Positions 29,502-38,970 are shown, counted from the first letter of the stretch. The stretch: 64,000 nt of DNA from an uncultured Planctomycetales bacterium (GCA_964612665.1 CAZTCI010000004.1:78376-142375), one strand, 5' to 3'. Numbers and translations are program-made. Notes: a model not told the origin generated them from the letters alone.

Positions 29502-29910
29502 AAGAATTTTCATAAATCGAAAAACGATTTTTCAAAAAAAATCCGGTTCTATTTTATTGGAGGCTTTGCTGGCGACCGTTATTTTGGGTTCGTGCGTGAC
29601 GGTCATTATGCAGTCGCTCATTTCCGGCAGTCGAGCCATTCAGTACAGCAGCTTTTTTCTCACAACTGATTTGGCCTTGCAAAATAGAATGGAATATTTG
29701 TTTAAAAAAGGATTAGATGACGACACCCAAAACCAAATCACTCAAAGCGACGACACGAGTAAGTATGAGTTTGAAGAGCATAAAGTTTATCCCGACGATC
29801 CACAAGATTTCTTGAAAGAAGTGGCGCTCAAGGTCGATTGGCAAGATAATGGGCAAGAAAGAAACAATACGGTCACAAGCTGGATTTATGATGTTCCGCA
29901 ATCGAAATAA
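29494..29910 (+). CDS. Minor pseudopilin (GspI-like)
   Basis: MNKRIFINRKTIFQKKSGSILLEALLATVILGS is a prepilin-type N-terminus. The in-frame ATG at 29494 overlaps the stop of the previous gene (ATGAATAA). The upstream part of the track ORF (from 29311) is an artefactual extension. Confidence 0.6.
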   Translation: MNKRIFINRKTIFQKKSGSILLEALLATVILGSCVTVIMQSLISGSRAIQYSSFFLTTDLALQNRMEYLFKKGLDDDTQNQITQSDDTSKYEFEEHKVYPDDPQDFLKEVALKVDWQDNGQERNNTVTSWIYDVPQSK

Positions 29911-30643
29911 AAATTCAGATAAAATAAGTCTTCGAAATGTTCGAAGCGCTTTTACGTTGATCGAACTTATTTTGGGTTTAATCATTGTGTCCGTTTTAGG
30001 GGTGTCGGTGTTTACGGCTTTTTTCACGGCGATCAAAATGCAAACGAAGACCGAAAATCTCGGACGCTTTTATGGTGAAGGGCGTTTTGCGATCAACCGG
30101 ATGGCGGACGAGATTGAAAATATGATTTTTTATACGCCTAAAGATCCTAAACAAAATTTTTTATCGAGCACAGACGATCATTTGACTCTTCTTGAAAACG
30201 GCGCCGACGGACTTAAGGTCATCAGGTATTATATCGGCCAACCTGATTATGGAAAGATTGTTAAGACAACGATGGGCCAGGTTTTTTCGTCCATGCCGCA
30301 ATCGATTGTTGTTCAATCGTCCGAGGGACAAAAAGCCTACGCGCTCATCCGTGAAGAAACACCCCTTGTCGATTATTGGCAAAATCAACCTCACGAAAAC
30401 GCAAAAACTCAAATTGTAACAAACCAGATTGCTTCTCAAGACAGCCTGCGTTTTTCTTATGCTTATTCTCCGCCAAAAGAGAGTAAGAAAAAAGGATATG
30501 AATGGAAGGACAGCTGGGACAAAGATGCTCTGCCGGCGGGCGTGCGTATCCAACTTGAATGCGCTCAGCCGAATCAAGGCGGTTCTTCGCTTGTTTTAAC
30601 TAAAGAAGTATATTGGCCTACGGTCGATGATGCCTCGCCGTAA
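29888..30643 (+). CDS. Minor pseudopilin (GspJ-like)
   Basis: MMFRNRNKNSDKISLRNVRSAFTLIELILGLIIVSV is a prepilin-type N-terminus with Ala at -1. The size is GspJ-like. Confidence 0.6.
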   Translation: MMFRNRNKNSDKISLRNVRSAFTLIELILGLIIVSVLGVSVFTAFFTAIKMQTKTENLGRFYGEGRFAINRMADEIENMIFYTPKDPKQNFLSSTDDHLTLLENGADGLKVIRYYIGQPDYGKIVKTTMGQVFSSMPQSIVVQSSEGQKAYALIREETPLVDYWQNQPHENAKTQIVTNQIASQDSLRFSYAYSPPKESKKKGYEWKDSWDKDALPAGVRIQLECAQPNQGGSSLVLTKEVYWPTVDDASP

Positions 30644-31784
30644 TTCGAAGCAAACGGAAATTAACTTACCCATGATTTTTGCGGATAGGTTCTTTTTTAA
30701 AAAAAATAAAATACAGAATAATTCCGGCGTGATTTTAATAACGGTTTTGTGGATCCTTGTCATTTTGTCTTTAATTGCGTTTGGGGTGAGCCGGATGACA
30801 CGCATGGAACTTTCGATGGCGCGTTATTATCATGAACGCACCCAAGCCAGATATTTAGCGTGGGCGGGGATTCATTGGGCGATTCGGGAAATTAAAAAAG
30901 ATTCTGAAGACGCGCAGAGCAATCAGTTTGATTCGTTAGTGCAATGCGGCATTAAATTGGATAAAGACCAAACGCTCAAAGACATTTTTCAAAAAAATTC
31001 TTTAGGTGAAGGATATTTTAAGATAAGCTATGAAGAACCTTCGGCTGCAAAGGGTTCTCCGGAAATTTTGGGTTTCAGCGACGAGGAGCGGAAGCTTAAC
31101 CTGAATGCGGTGACCCAAGAAACTTATCCGATTTTAGCCAACTTGATCAGCAGTTTAAATGTTGATGGCCTTGATGAAACAAAAGCGACCCAGATTGCGG
31201 CTTCGGTGGTTGATTGGATCGACACTGACGATCAAATCACACAAACGACCCTGGGCGCTGAAGACGACTTTTATCAGCATTTAACTAAACCCTATCATTG
31301 CAAAAATGCGCCGTTTGATAGCCTGGAAGAACTTCTTTTGGTTAAAGGCATGACCACGGAAATTTTTAACAAGCTGAAAGATTATGTGACCATTTTTCCC
31401 CGCCTGCCAGCCCAAGGGCTTTTAATTAACCTGGATACAGCCTCAGCGCCGGTTATTTTTGCCTTAGCCAAAAGTTATAGCGGTGCCCAAACGAATACAA
31501 CATCTGACGATGCCAGAAACCTCGCCCAAAAAATCATAGTGTACCGTTCCGGAGACGACCAAATCCCGATGACTCAGGACGATCATTTAGTTGACATGAA
31601 CAGCATCGGACTAAATGAAAAAGAAAAAGTCATTTTTCTCGGCATGGCTAAAAACGTTACTAAAGTTTCGCATTTTATCCGCGTTCGTTGTCAGGGGTTT
31701 TGGCAGGATTCGTCTGTCGGTTCGACGATTGAAGCCGTCATTGACCGTGAGCGGTTAAAGATTGTTTATTGGAAAAAAGAATAG
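30627..31784 (+). CDS. gspK: Minor pseudopilin GspK
   Basis: ...SGVILITVLWILVILSLIAFGVS... followed by a large periplasmic T2SSK-like domain. The start is uncertain (30627 or the ATG at 30672). Confidence 0.7.
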   Translation: MMPRRNSKQTEINLPMIFADRFFFKKNKIQNNSGVILITVLWILVILSLIAFGVSRMTRMELSMARYYHERTQARYLAWAGIHWAIREIKKDSEDAQSNQFDSLVQCGIKLDKDQTLKDIFQKNSLGEGYFKISYEEPSAAKGSPEILGFSDEERKLNLNAVTQETYPILANLISSLNVDGLDETKATQIAASVVDWIDTDDQITQTTLGAEDDFYQHLTKPYHCKNAPFDSLEELLLVKGMTTEIFNKLKDYVTIFPRLPAQGLLINLDTASAPVIFALAKSYSGAQTNTTSDDARNLAQKIIVYRSGDDQIPMTQDDHLVDMNSIGLNEKEKVIFLGMAKNVTKVSHFIRVRCQGFWQDSSVGSTIEAVIDRERLKIVYWKKE

Positions 31785-31791
31785 ATCCATT

Positions 31792-33255
31792 ATGAAGAAA
31801 GACATCATAACAACGCTTGAAATCAGCGATTCCTGGTTAAAGCTCGGTCAGCTTAATGTTGGCGGACGCGGGAACCCGGTTATTACTGTCTTAGGTTTCA
31901 AGAATATTGAAGGAATGAACGACCAGGATATTGGCCGATCTTTGTCACAACTGCTCGCCGAGAAAAAGACAAAATTATCTCAGTTGATTTTGATCATTCC
32001 CCGTCGGCAAGCCATGCTCACTCATTTTCAACTGCCTTCCATTCAAGATCAAGAGATCAATCAAATGGTCGGGATGCAAATTATTAACAGTGTGCCCTAC
32101 GGGCCTGAAGACATCGTTTACGATTATATAATTTTGGAAAAAAATCCTTCTGGTTACAGCAAAGTCCTGGCCATGGCGCTGCATCGTGATCTTGTGGGAC
32201 GATACTTGAGGATTTTAGAAAAATTCGGCGCGCACCCTAAGCGCATTACTTTAAGTTCATTGGGATGCCATCAATGGTATTTGTACCAAAAATCTAAATC
32301 ATCTCAGCTTAAGTTGGGCGCTGTTCTTGTTATGAATGTAGACGAGAAATATTGTGACTTGTGTTTCATAAACCAAGATAAATTGATTTTTTCCCGTGAA
32401 ATCAGTTTTAATCTTAAGGACTGGGACCGCCCAGAACCGTCCGATACTTTTTTAAATCATTTTTTAAATCAAATGAGTTTGACCGTTTCAAATTACAAAC
32501 GGTCCAATATGGGAGTTGAATTGTCCAACATCTTGTTAGTGAGCGCTGATCCTAAGGCGGGGACGCTCGCTGAACAACTTGGTCATGAATATAATCTGCC
32601 GGTGGCGGTGATTAATCCGCTGGATAATATTACTTTAACCAAAAATTTTGTTGTGCCTGAGGTGGTTTCGCATCAAGGGGTTTCCTTAACGGCTTTGTTA
32701 GGGCCATTGGTTTATCCGTCGGGTGACAAGATCAATTTATTTCCAAAGGAACTGAAAGCCAACCGCCAGGCCCAGCAAAAAAAGAAAGAATGGTTAACGA
32801 CCGCCGTTTTAGGCGCGTTAGCGTTTATATTATTGACGCTCAGTTTTGGCGTTAAGAATTTTGAGGAGAAAAGAAATGTTTCGGTGATTAATCAAGAAAG
32901 ACAGCATATCAAAAAAGATTTAAAACTAGCGCAGGATAAATTAAAAAATTTGGAACTGATCAAAAAATATGTGCAGGAAACGCCCCGGGTCATTAATATT
33001 CTTTATGAAATTTACACGGTTGTACCCGAAGGGATGACGCTTAATCTTTTGGACTTAGATAATAAAGGTATCCTGACATTAGACGGCTATTTTCCAGCCG
33101 GGATGAGCGTGAATGATCTGCAGGAAAGCCTGGTTCACTTGCCGCGGTTTAAGAATGTCACGCTTAAATATGCCAACAAAGAAAATTCTCCGTCGGGTGA
33201 ACTCACGCATTTTAATATTACCTGCGAATTGAATCCGGAAAAAGAAGGGCATTGA
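31792..33255 (+). CDS. GspL / PilM-PilN-like inner-membrane assembly protein
   Basis: About 487 aa. A cytoplasmic actin-like N-domain, a single TM (WLTTAVLGALAFILLTLSFGV) and a periplasmic C-domain. Its position between gspK and gspM-like supports the call. ATG at 31792. Confidence 0.55.
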   Translation: MKKDIITTLEISDSWLKLGQLNVGGRGNPVITVLGFKNIEGMNDQDIGRSLSQLLAEKKTKLSQLILIIPRRQAMLTHFQLPSIQDQEINQMVGMQIINSVPYGPEDIVYDYIILEKNPSGYSKVLAMALHRDLVGRYLRILEKFGAHPKRITLSSLGCHQWYLYQKSKSSQLKLGAVLVMNVDEKYCDLCFINQDKLIFSREISFNLKDWDRPEPSDTFLNHFLNQMSLTVSNYKRSNMGVELSNILLVSADPKAGTLAEQLGHEYNLPVAVINPLDNITLTKNFVVPEVVSHQGVSLTALLGPLVYPSGDKINLFPKELKANRQAQQKKKEWLTTAVLGALAFILLTLSFGVKNFEEKRNVSVINQERQHIKKDLKLAQDKLKNLELIKKYVQETPRVINILYEIYTVVPEGMTLNLLDLDNKGILTLDGYFPAGMSVNDLQESLVHLPRFKNVTLKYANKENSPSGELTHFNITCELNPEKEGH

Positions 33256-33256
33256 T

Positions 33257-33790
33257 ATGTTAACAAACTTAAGCCCGCGCGACAAAAACAGCCTGATTAT
33301 TTGTATCTTGGCGATTTTGGTGGGTGTCTATTATTTTGGTGTGATTCAGCCGCTTAAAGGCAGCCAAACAGCTTTAGAAGAACAGCGCAGCGCTGCACAG
33401 AAGAAATTCAAGAAAGAAAAAAGTTTAATTCAGGAAAGCCAGCAAATGGCCGTTGCCTATGAATCCTATTTGCCGCTGTTTAATCAGGATTTTTCCAATC
33501 CCGAGCAGATGTCAGCCATCGTCGCTGAAATTGAATCTGTAGCCGCGCAGATTAATCTGCGTTTTTCCGAAATCAAACCCGGGAAAGTCCGAAAGGAAGA
33601 TTCTTATAACATTTTTTCGGTTAGTCTTTCCACAGAAGGCCGGTTCGAGGATATGGCCCACTTTCTGTATTTGTTGCAAAGCAAACCACATTTGTTTCAG
33701 GTAGAAGATCTGCATATGGAAAAAAATGGCCAGGCATTCTTGAAAACCGAACTCGTCGTCAGCCGTTTATTCATTCCGCAGTCTAATTAA
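33257..33790 (+). CDS. GspM / PilO-like protein
   Basis: 177 aa. N-terminal TM (LIICILAILVGVYYFGV), then coiled coil. Called by gene order. Confidence 0.5.
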   Translation: MLTNLSPRDKNSLIICILAILVGVYYFGVIQPLKGSQTALEEQRSAAQKKFKKEKSLIQESQQMAVAYESYLPLFNQDFSNPEQMSAIVAEIESVAAQINLRFSEIKPGKVRKEDSYNIFSVSLSTEGRFEDMAHFLYLLQSKPHLFQVEDLHMEKNGQAFLKTELVVSRLFIPQSN

Positions 33791-33903
33791 TCATCTTGAA
33801 ACGTCGGAATTGCCAAAAATTTTTAATTAATGGTTTTCTACTAAAATTTGTGTGATAAAATGACCACAATACATTCATCTTTGAAGAAATTTAGGGGCTT
33901 TTC

Positions 33904-34446
33904 ATGAATCCAAAAAAATTAGGAGGAATGTCCCGTAATTTACTATTGGCTCCCTGGAGTGGTGTTACCTTTGATTCGCAGTTTTTGTCGCGGTTGAATC
34001 TGTTGTTGAAGTTGTCGGTTTTTTTGTTGAGTGTGTATGTTATTTATAGTTATAGTGTAGCTATCAAAAGGACGCCGAAAATTCCTGCCACCGAAACTAT
34101 TAATCAAACAGTTTTGACTCTGAGATTAGAAGAAAAATCCTACGATTTTTACGCACAGACCATTGGCAAGCGGGATATTTTTAATCTAGCGCCGCCGGCG
34201 GCAAGCGTTCCGGCGGTTCAGGTCAGTGTCGAACAAAAACAGCAGGCTGTTGAATTTGTCCGCAATTTAAAGCTCGTCGGCATTGTGCTCGATAAAACCC
34301 CCTTGGCTATTATTGAAAATCTTCAGACACAAGACACTATATTTTTGAATAAAGGCGGCAAACTTGGCGATGCGGTTTTAGAAGATATTCAGGAAGATAA
34401 AATTGTCATGAAATATAAAGGACAACGCATTGAAATTGTTCCATAA
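33904..34446 (+). CDS. GspC / PilP-like protein
   Basis: 180 aa. TM, then a beta-rich C-domain (...LKLVGIVLDKTPLAIIEN...). It lies immediately upstream of the secretin. Confidence 0.4.
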   Translation: MNPKKLGGMSRNLLLAPWSGVTFDSQFLSRLNLLLKLSVFLLSVYVIYSYSVAIKRTPKIPATETINQTVLTLRLEEKSYDFYAQTIGKRDIFNLAPPAASVPAVQVSVEQKQQAVEFVRNLKLVGIVLDKTPLAIIENLQTQDTIFLNKGGKLGDAVLEDIQEDKIVMKYKGQRIEIVP

Positions 34447-36517
34447 ATTCAGAATGAAGCACCTTCTTGAAGCCTTAGCAGGTTTCAATGAGGAACAGTG
34501 GGATAAGGGCCAATCATTTTTATTAACCTGGGGGATGATTTTTATTTGCCTGACGGTTACGGTTGTCCATGTATTGAAGGTCTATGCAATCGATGACACA
34601 ACGCAGGCTGTAAAAAAAGCCTTAGATATCTACGCCAAAAAGCAAGTCACAAAACCCGTCAAGGTAGCCCAAGCACCCACTGATCAGCAATCCAACGCTA
34701 CTAATAGTGCTAATACGAGCAATCAACCTCAGGCGAACCAGCCAGTACCAGAACCTCCTTTACCCGCACCGACGCCAACGCCTACACCGACGCCCGCTGC
34801 TGAACCAGTTTATAATCAACCTCCCGAAAATAATATGCCGTCTCCTTCCCCCGGCGGGGAAGGTTATAACAATTTTAATAATTATAATTCGTCTGCTTCT
34901 AACCCCGCGCCTTCAGGTCCGGGAAAAGCGAACATTATTTTTAAGGATGAAAATAAAACCAAATCTTCAGAAGAAGAAACTCCGCCGGTCGATAATACTA
35001 AGCCGATCATGATCGATCTTTTAGAATTAAAAAACATGGACATCATTGATGTCCTTAAGTTGATTTCTCAAAAAAGCGGTTTGAATATTGTCGCCGGCCG
35101 TGATGTTTCTGGGCGTGTGAACCTTTATTTAAAAGATGTGGAGGTCCGGGACGCTTTGAGAATTATCGCCGAAAGTAATAATTTAGGTTTTGCCGAGGAG
35201 GATGGCGTTATCAAGGTCATGACCCAAAGGGATTTTCAGATGAAGTATGGTGTTAATTTTGGGGAGAAACTGCAGACCAAAACGATTCAGCTGGTTAATG
35301 TTGACACGTTAGAAATCGCGACGGTGCTTAACCAGATGAAAAGTATCATGGGCCGGGTCATTCCTGAAAAGAATTCGAATTCCATTGTCATCATCGATCT
35401 GCCGGACAAAATCAAAGAGCTAACCGGATTCTTAAAGCGCGTTGATACCCCGCGCAAGACCGAGGTTTTCACACTCAATCATGCAACCGCCGAAGAAGTT
35501 GCCAAAAAGTTGCCTGATGTTTTAACTAAAAATGTCGGCAAAGTGGAAGTCGATGTCCGGTTGAATAAACTTTTGATTACTGATCTCGCTGAGAAAATGC
35601 CTTTGATTGAAAAATTCATTGAAGCGGTCGATGGTAAACAAAAGGAAGTTTTGATTGAAGCCAAGATTGTTCAAGTTGTTTTAAGTGATGAATATAAATT
35701 AGGTGTGGACTGGGAAGCGATTGTGCGCAACTATCATTCGCTAGATTTAAAAAGCAGCTTTAGTGTTTTGGATCCGTCGGACAAAAGAGGTAAAGTCAGC
35801 ATCGGTACTTTAGACAGCGACGCTTACACGGCGCTGGTCGAAGCGTTAAAGACAATTGGTACAACCAATCTCCTGTCCAGTCCGCGGATCACCGTTGTCA
35901 ATAATAAGGAAGCCAAGATTTTGGTTGGTTCAACGGAGCCCTATATTACAAGTACAACGATCACGCCTTCTGCCGGTCCGACGACAACGTCCGAAAGTGT
36001 TAACTTCATTGAAGTCGGGGTTAAACTTTACGTGACCCCGACTATTCATAACGATGGATTTATTACCATGCAGATTAAGCCGGAAGTGAGTTCCGTAACG
36101 AGTACCGTTAAGACAAGTAATAACAATACCATTCCCGTTGTTGAAACTTCTCAGGCTGAAACTACGGTCATCATTCGTGACGGGAGCACAATTGTTATCG
36201 GCGGTTTGATAAAAGATGAAAAGATTAAATCGACGAGAAAAATTCCCGGGCTTGGCGATATTCCACTTTTGGGTTCTGTTTTCCGCAGTCAAGATGATAC
36301 AAAAACAAAAACTGAGCTTGTTATTTTTCTAACGCCACGGCTTATCACCGGTGATCATAATGAAGATAATCCGTCGATGGAAGATGAAAGCAGCGACAAA
36401 GTGAGCATGACTGACAAGCATGATGCTTTGAGTGATTTTGTATACACAAAAGATTATCTCGATGCCGGTGAACGCCAGGCCCGTCCTGAAGATTTTACCC
36501 CGTCCCGTTCCAATTAA
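34430..36517 (+). CDS. gspD: Secretin (GspD/PilQ family) with a Pro/Thr-rich linker
   Basis: The C-terminal ...VIIRDGSTIVIGGLIKDEKIKSTRKIPGLGDIPLLGSVFRSQDDTKTKTELVIFLTPRLI is the secretin signature. N-domains (...DVLKLISQKSGLNIVAG...) are present. A low-complexity PTPTPTPTP linker follows the N-terminus. The true start may lie downstream of 34430. Confidence 0.88.
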   Translation: MKLFHKFRMKHLLEALAGFNEEQWDKGQSFLLTWGMIFICLTVTVVHVLKVYAIDDTTQAVKKALDIYAKKQVTKPVKVAQAPTDQQSNATNSANTSNQPQANQPVPEPPLPAPTPTPTPTPAAEPVYNQPPENNMPSPSPGGEGYNNFNNYNSSASNPAPSGPGKANIIFKDENKTKSSEEETPPVDNTKPIMIDLLELKNMDIIDVLKLISQKSGLNIVAGRDVSGRVNLYLKDVEVRDALRIIAESNNLGFAEEDGVIKVMTQRDFQMKYGVNFGEKLQTKTIQLVNVDTLEIATVLNQMKSIMGRVIPEKNSNSIVIIDLPDKIKELTGFLKRVDTPRKTEVFTLNHATAEEVAKKLPDVLTKNVGKVEVDVRLNKLLITDLAEKMPLIEKFIEAVDGKQKEVLIEAKIVQVVLSDEYKLGVDWEAIVRNYHSLDLKSSFSVLDPSDKRGKVSIGTLDSDAYTALVEALKTIGTTNLLSSPRITVVNNKEAKILVGSTEPYITSTTITPSAGPTTTSESVNFIEVGVKLYVTPTIHNDGFITMQIKPEVSSVTSTVKTSNNNTIPVVETSQAETTVIIRDGSTIVIGGLIKDEKIKSTRKIPGLGDIPLLGSVFRSQDDTKTKTELVIFLTPRLITGDHNEDNPSMEDESSDKVSMTDKHDALSDFVYTKDYLDAGERQARPEDFTPSRSN

Positions 36518-36521
36518 TAAA

Positions 36522-37535
36522 TCAATCGTCGTCTTTATCCGGAAGATTATAGATAGACCAAATCAGCCGGTGGTCTGATACGGCTTTTTTGGCGCGCGTA
36601 TCATCATTGCCAAAAAGCGTTTCATCGAACCGGTTCACGCCGGATTTCCCGGAATATTCATGAAGATACTGACGCTCAAACCAAAAATTGTCGTAGAGAC
36701 TTGTGTCGGTGACCGTTGTTTTCTCCGGCGGGCGGATAAGGTAGGTCATAGAGGGAAGTGATCTTAAAGATTTGAATCCAATATCATCAGGCGGGAGATT
36801 GAAGTCGCCTAATAAAATGACATCATGTTCGTGAGGATTTTGTTTAAGAATATTTTGGTAAACTTCGGTGAGTGCCGCGGCCTCTGGACGGCGGTTTGCC
36901 TTGTTTTTTCCATACAACAGATGAATCGTCAAAAGAGTAAAATCAAAATTACCGGCGCGAAACGTCGCGTAAAAAGGTTCGCGGATAAATTGGTGAAGCG
37001 TATCCGGGTATAATTCGCCTTTTATGGCCACGCTGACCTTGTTCTGCCGGTATAAAAAAGCGTAGAGTTCAGGACTGTGCGCCAGATGATGGCTGATTTC
37101 GTAGTTATAGTTGTATCCCATCTTTTTTAGAATATCGACGGTGCGTTGGAGCACTTCAGGGTCGCGTAGTTCCTGAATCGCGATGATGTCGTAATTTTTC
37201 AGGACTTTCGCAATGTCGTCCAGCTCATCATCGCTGCGGCTTTTGTTAGAAAAGATCCGGATATTAAACGAGGCGATGGAAAGTTGACGTGCGATGTCTG
37301 GTGGAAGCTGCGGTTGAGAAACTTTTTGAGGTAATGTTGGTGACGTGGAAGGTGCTGGTGTTTCAATAGAGGGTGTTGAAGGAGTTGTTTGAGGCGATTG
37401 AGAAAGTTGTGATTGTGCAACATGATAAATGAGAAAGGCAATACCGCCCAGCAAAATAACGAGCAGAAGGAAGTTAAGAAAACCGTTGCCTCGGTTTTGT
37501 AGTCGCCGTCGGGGAATTCTGTATTTTGGGGTCAT
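36522..37535 (-). CDS. Secreted or membrane-anchored endonuclease/exonuclease/phosphatase (EEP) family protein
   Basis: 337 aa. N-terminal TM (FLNFLLLVILLGGIAFLIY), a Ser/Thr/Pro linker, then ...SIASFNIRIFSNK...DIIAIQELRD... and ...LLGDFNL...SDHRLIW, which are EEP catalytic motifs. Confidence 0.8.
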   Translation of the reverse strand: MTPKYRIPRRRLQNRGNGFLNFLLLVILLGGIAFLIYHVAQSQLSQSPQTTPSTPSIETPAPSTSPTLPQKVSQPQLPPDIARQLSIASFNIRIFSNKSRSDDELDDIAKVLKNYDIIAIQELRDPEVLQRTVDILKKMGYNYNYEISHHLAHSPELYAFLYRQNKVSVAIKGELYPDTLHQFIREPFYATFRAGNFDFTLLTIHLLYGKNKANRRPEAAALTEVYQNILKQNPHEHDVILLGDFNLPPDDIGFKSLRSLPSMTYLIRPPEKTTVTDTSLYDNFWFERQYLHEYSGKSGVNRFDETLFGNDDTRAKKAVSDHRLIWSIYNLPDKDDD

Positions 37536-37564
37536 AAATTTTCTAAACTCTAAAAATACTTAAG

Positions 37565-37586
37565 GCCGGGCACAGCGTGACCGCGC
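37565..37586. repeat. 22-nt exact repeat GCCGGGCACAGCGTGACCGCGC, copy 1 (intergenic, upstream of the EEP gene)
   Basis: Identical to 41575..41596 inside the anti-sigma/vWA CDS. A 16/17 near-copy lies at 38261..38277. Confidence 0.8.
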
Positions 37587-37696
37587 AGTTTTTTTAATTG
37601 AATTGAGCTTTACTTCAAAAGATGAGATTTTCAGAAGAGACGTTATTATAACATACGGGAAAAATTTTGAAGATGGTTTAGGTGAATGAGCGAGGG

Positions 37697-37745
37697 CGGC
37701 GCCTCAGCGTAAATTCACAGGCGCCGCCCGCATTTTTATTAGCTT
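37697..37745 (+). terminator. Orphan terminator-like hairpin in the divergent intergenic region
   Basis: GGGCGGCGCC-(17 nt)-GGCGCCGCCC followed by GCATTTTTATT. There is no upstream + strand CDS. Confidence 0.4.
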
Positions 37746-37867
37746 GAACTTCTCATTATATTTACAAAAGTCAATAATGAGCTATCGAACATTTACCTTG
37801 TTCTCAAATTGTATTACAGGTAGAATAACGGCGTTTTTATTCAAACCAAAATTTATGAAAAATTAAA

Positions 37868-38767
37868 ATGATTTCAATCTCAACAGCGTGGAATTATAAA
37901 CCAGAGATTAAAGCCCGCGAACTCCTTGGCCAAATCAAGGACGTTGGCGCGGATGCCGTCGAGCTTGGTTATAAATTGACGGTTCCGCAGGTCGAAGAGT
38001 TAATCCCTCTTTTAAAAGAATTTAAGTTGAAAGTTTCAAGCATCCATAATTTTTGCCCCCTTCCTAATGATTCGCCCTCACCTCGTCATCCTTCCAATCA
38101 TTACCGTTTATCCGCTTTAGATGAGTCCGAACGCCGTAAAGCCGTTGAATGGACGAAACGCGCCGTTGATACCGCTGTCCGTACCAATGGCCGAGTTGTT
38201 GTTATTCATGCTGGAACGATCGAAGTTGATCATGATCCGACGGAAATTCTGCGTAATTTTAAGGCTGGGCACAGCGACGATCAAAAATTTACCGCCATCC
38301 GGGACCGCATGCTTCAAGAACGCGAAGAAAAAAAACACCACTTTGTTGACGCCGTTAAGAAAAGTTTGGATGAAGTGATCGCCTATGCGGCGCCCGAGAA
38401 AATTCTTATCGGACTTGAGACCCGTTATTATCCGACGGAAATTCCCAATTTCCAAGAGATCGGCCACTTTCTCAATATCTTCGGTCCTGATGTCATGGGT
38501 TTCTGGCATGATGTTGGTCATGGTGAAGTTAATGTCCGGCTTGGACTTGTCAAACACCACCAAGATTACTTCGACCGTTATCAAAACCGGTTGATCGGCA
38601 TGCACATCCATGGGGTTAAAGGCATCAAAGACCATCAAGCGCCGTTTACCGGCGATTTTGATTTGACCCCGTTCCTTCCTTATATGAAAAATATTATTAA
38701 AGTCATTGAATCCCACAGTAGCGCTACAGCTGGTGAGTTGAAAGCAGCTATTCAACGATTGAAGTAA
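37868..38767 (+). CDS. Sugar phosphate isomerase/epimerase (xylose-isomerase-like TIM barrel)
   Basis: 299 aa. ...VELGY..., ...VVVIHAGT..., ...IGLETRYYP..., ...WHDVGHGEV..., ...GMHIHG... are typical AP_endonuc_2 / xylose isomerase-like motifs. Confidence 0.7.
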   Translation: MISISTAWNYKPEIKARELLGQIKDVGADAVELGYKLTVPQVEELIPLLKEFKLKVSSIHNFCPLPNDSPSPRHPSNHYRLSALDESERRKAVEWTKRAVDTAVRTNGRVVVIHAGTIEVDHDPTEILRNFKAGHSDDQKFTAIRDRMLQEREEKKHHFVDAVKKSLDEVIAYAAPEKILIGLETRYYPTEIPNFQEIGHFLNIFGPDVMGFWHDVGHGEVNVRLGLVKHHQDYFDRYQNRLIGMHIHGVKGIKDHQAPFTGDFDLTPFLPYMKNIIKVIESHSSATAGELKAAIQRLK

Positions 38768-38970
38768 CTGAACGTATCCTTATAAATATAACGAACTAGC
38801 GTAGTTTGTAGTAGTTTGCAGGACCGTTTCCTTTTATCTCTTTGGGTATTATGAGGTTTTGATGGAAGTGTACCCTTTAAAAGAGAATAGAAATTCAGGA
38901 TCGATTTAAGAATAAATTCTTACGTTCCTCTGTAACTTGTTGCAAACGTAGAGCTCACAAGGAAACGTTC

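Noticed and set aside
38117-38755. 212-aa minus-strand ORF completely overlapping the 37868..38767 + strand gene
   Set aside because: The + strand frame carries clear xylose-isomerase-like TIM-barrel motifs (HAGT, LETRYYP, HDVGH), and the minus frame has none. It is a shadow ORF.
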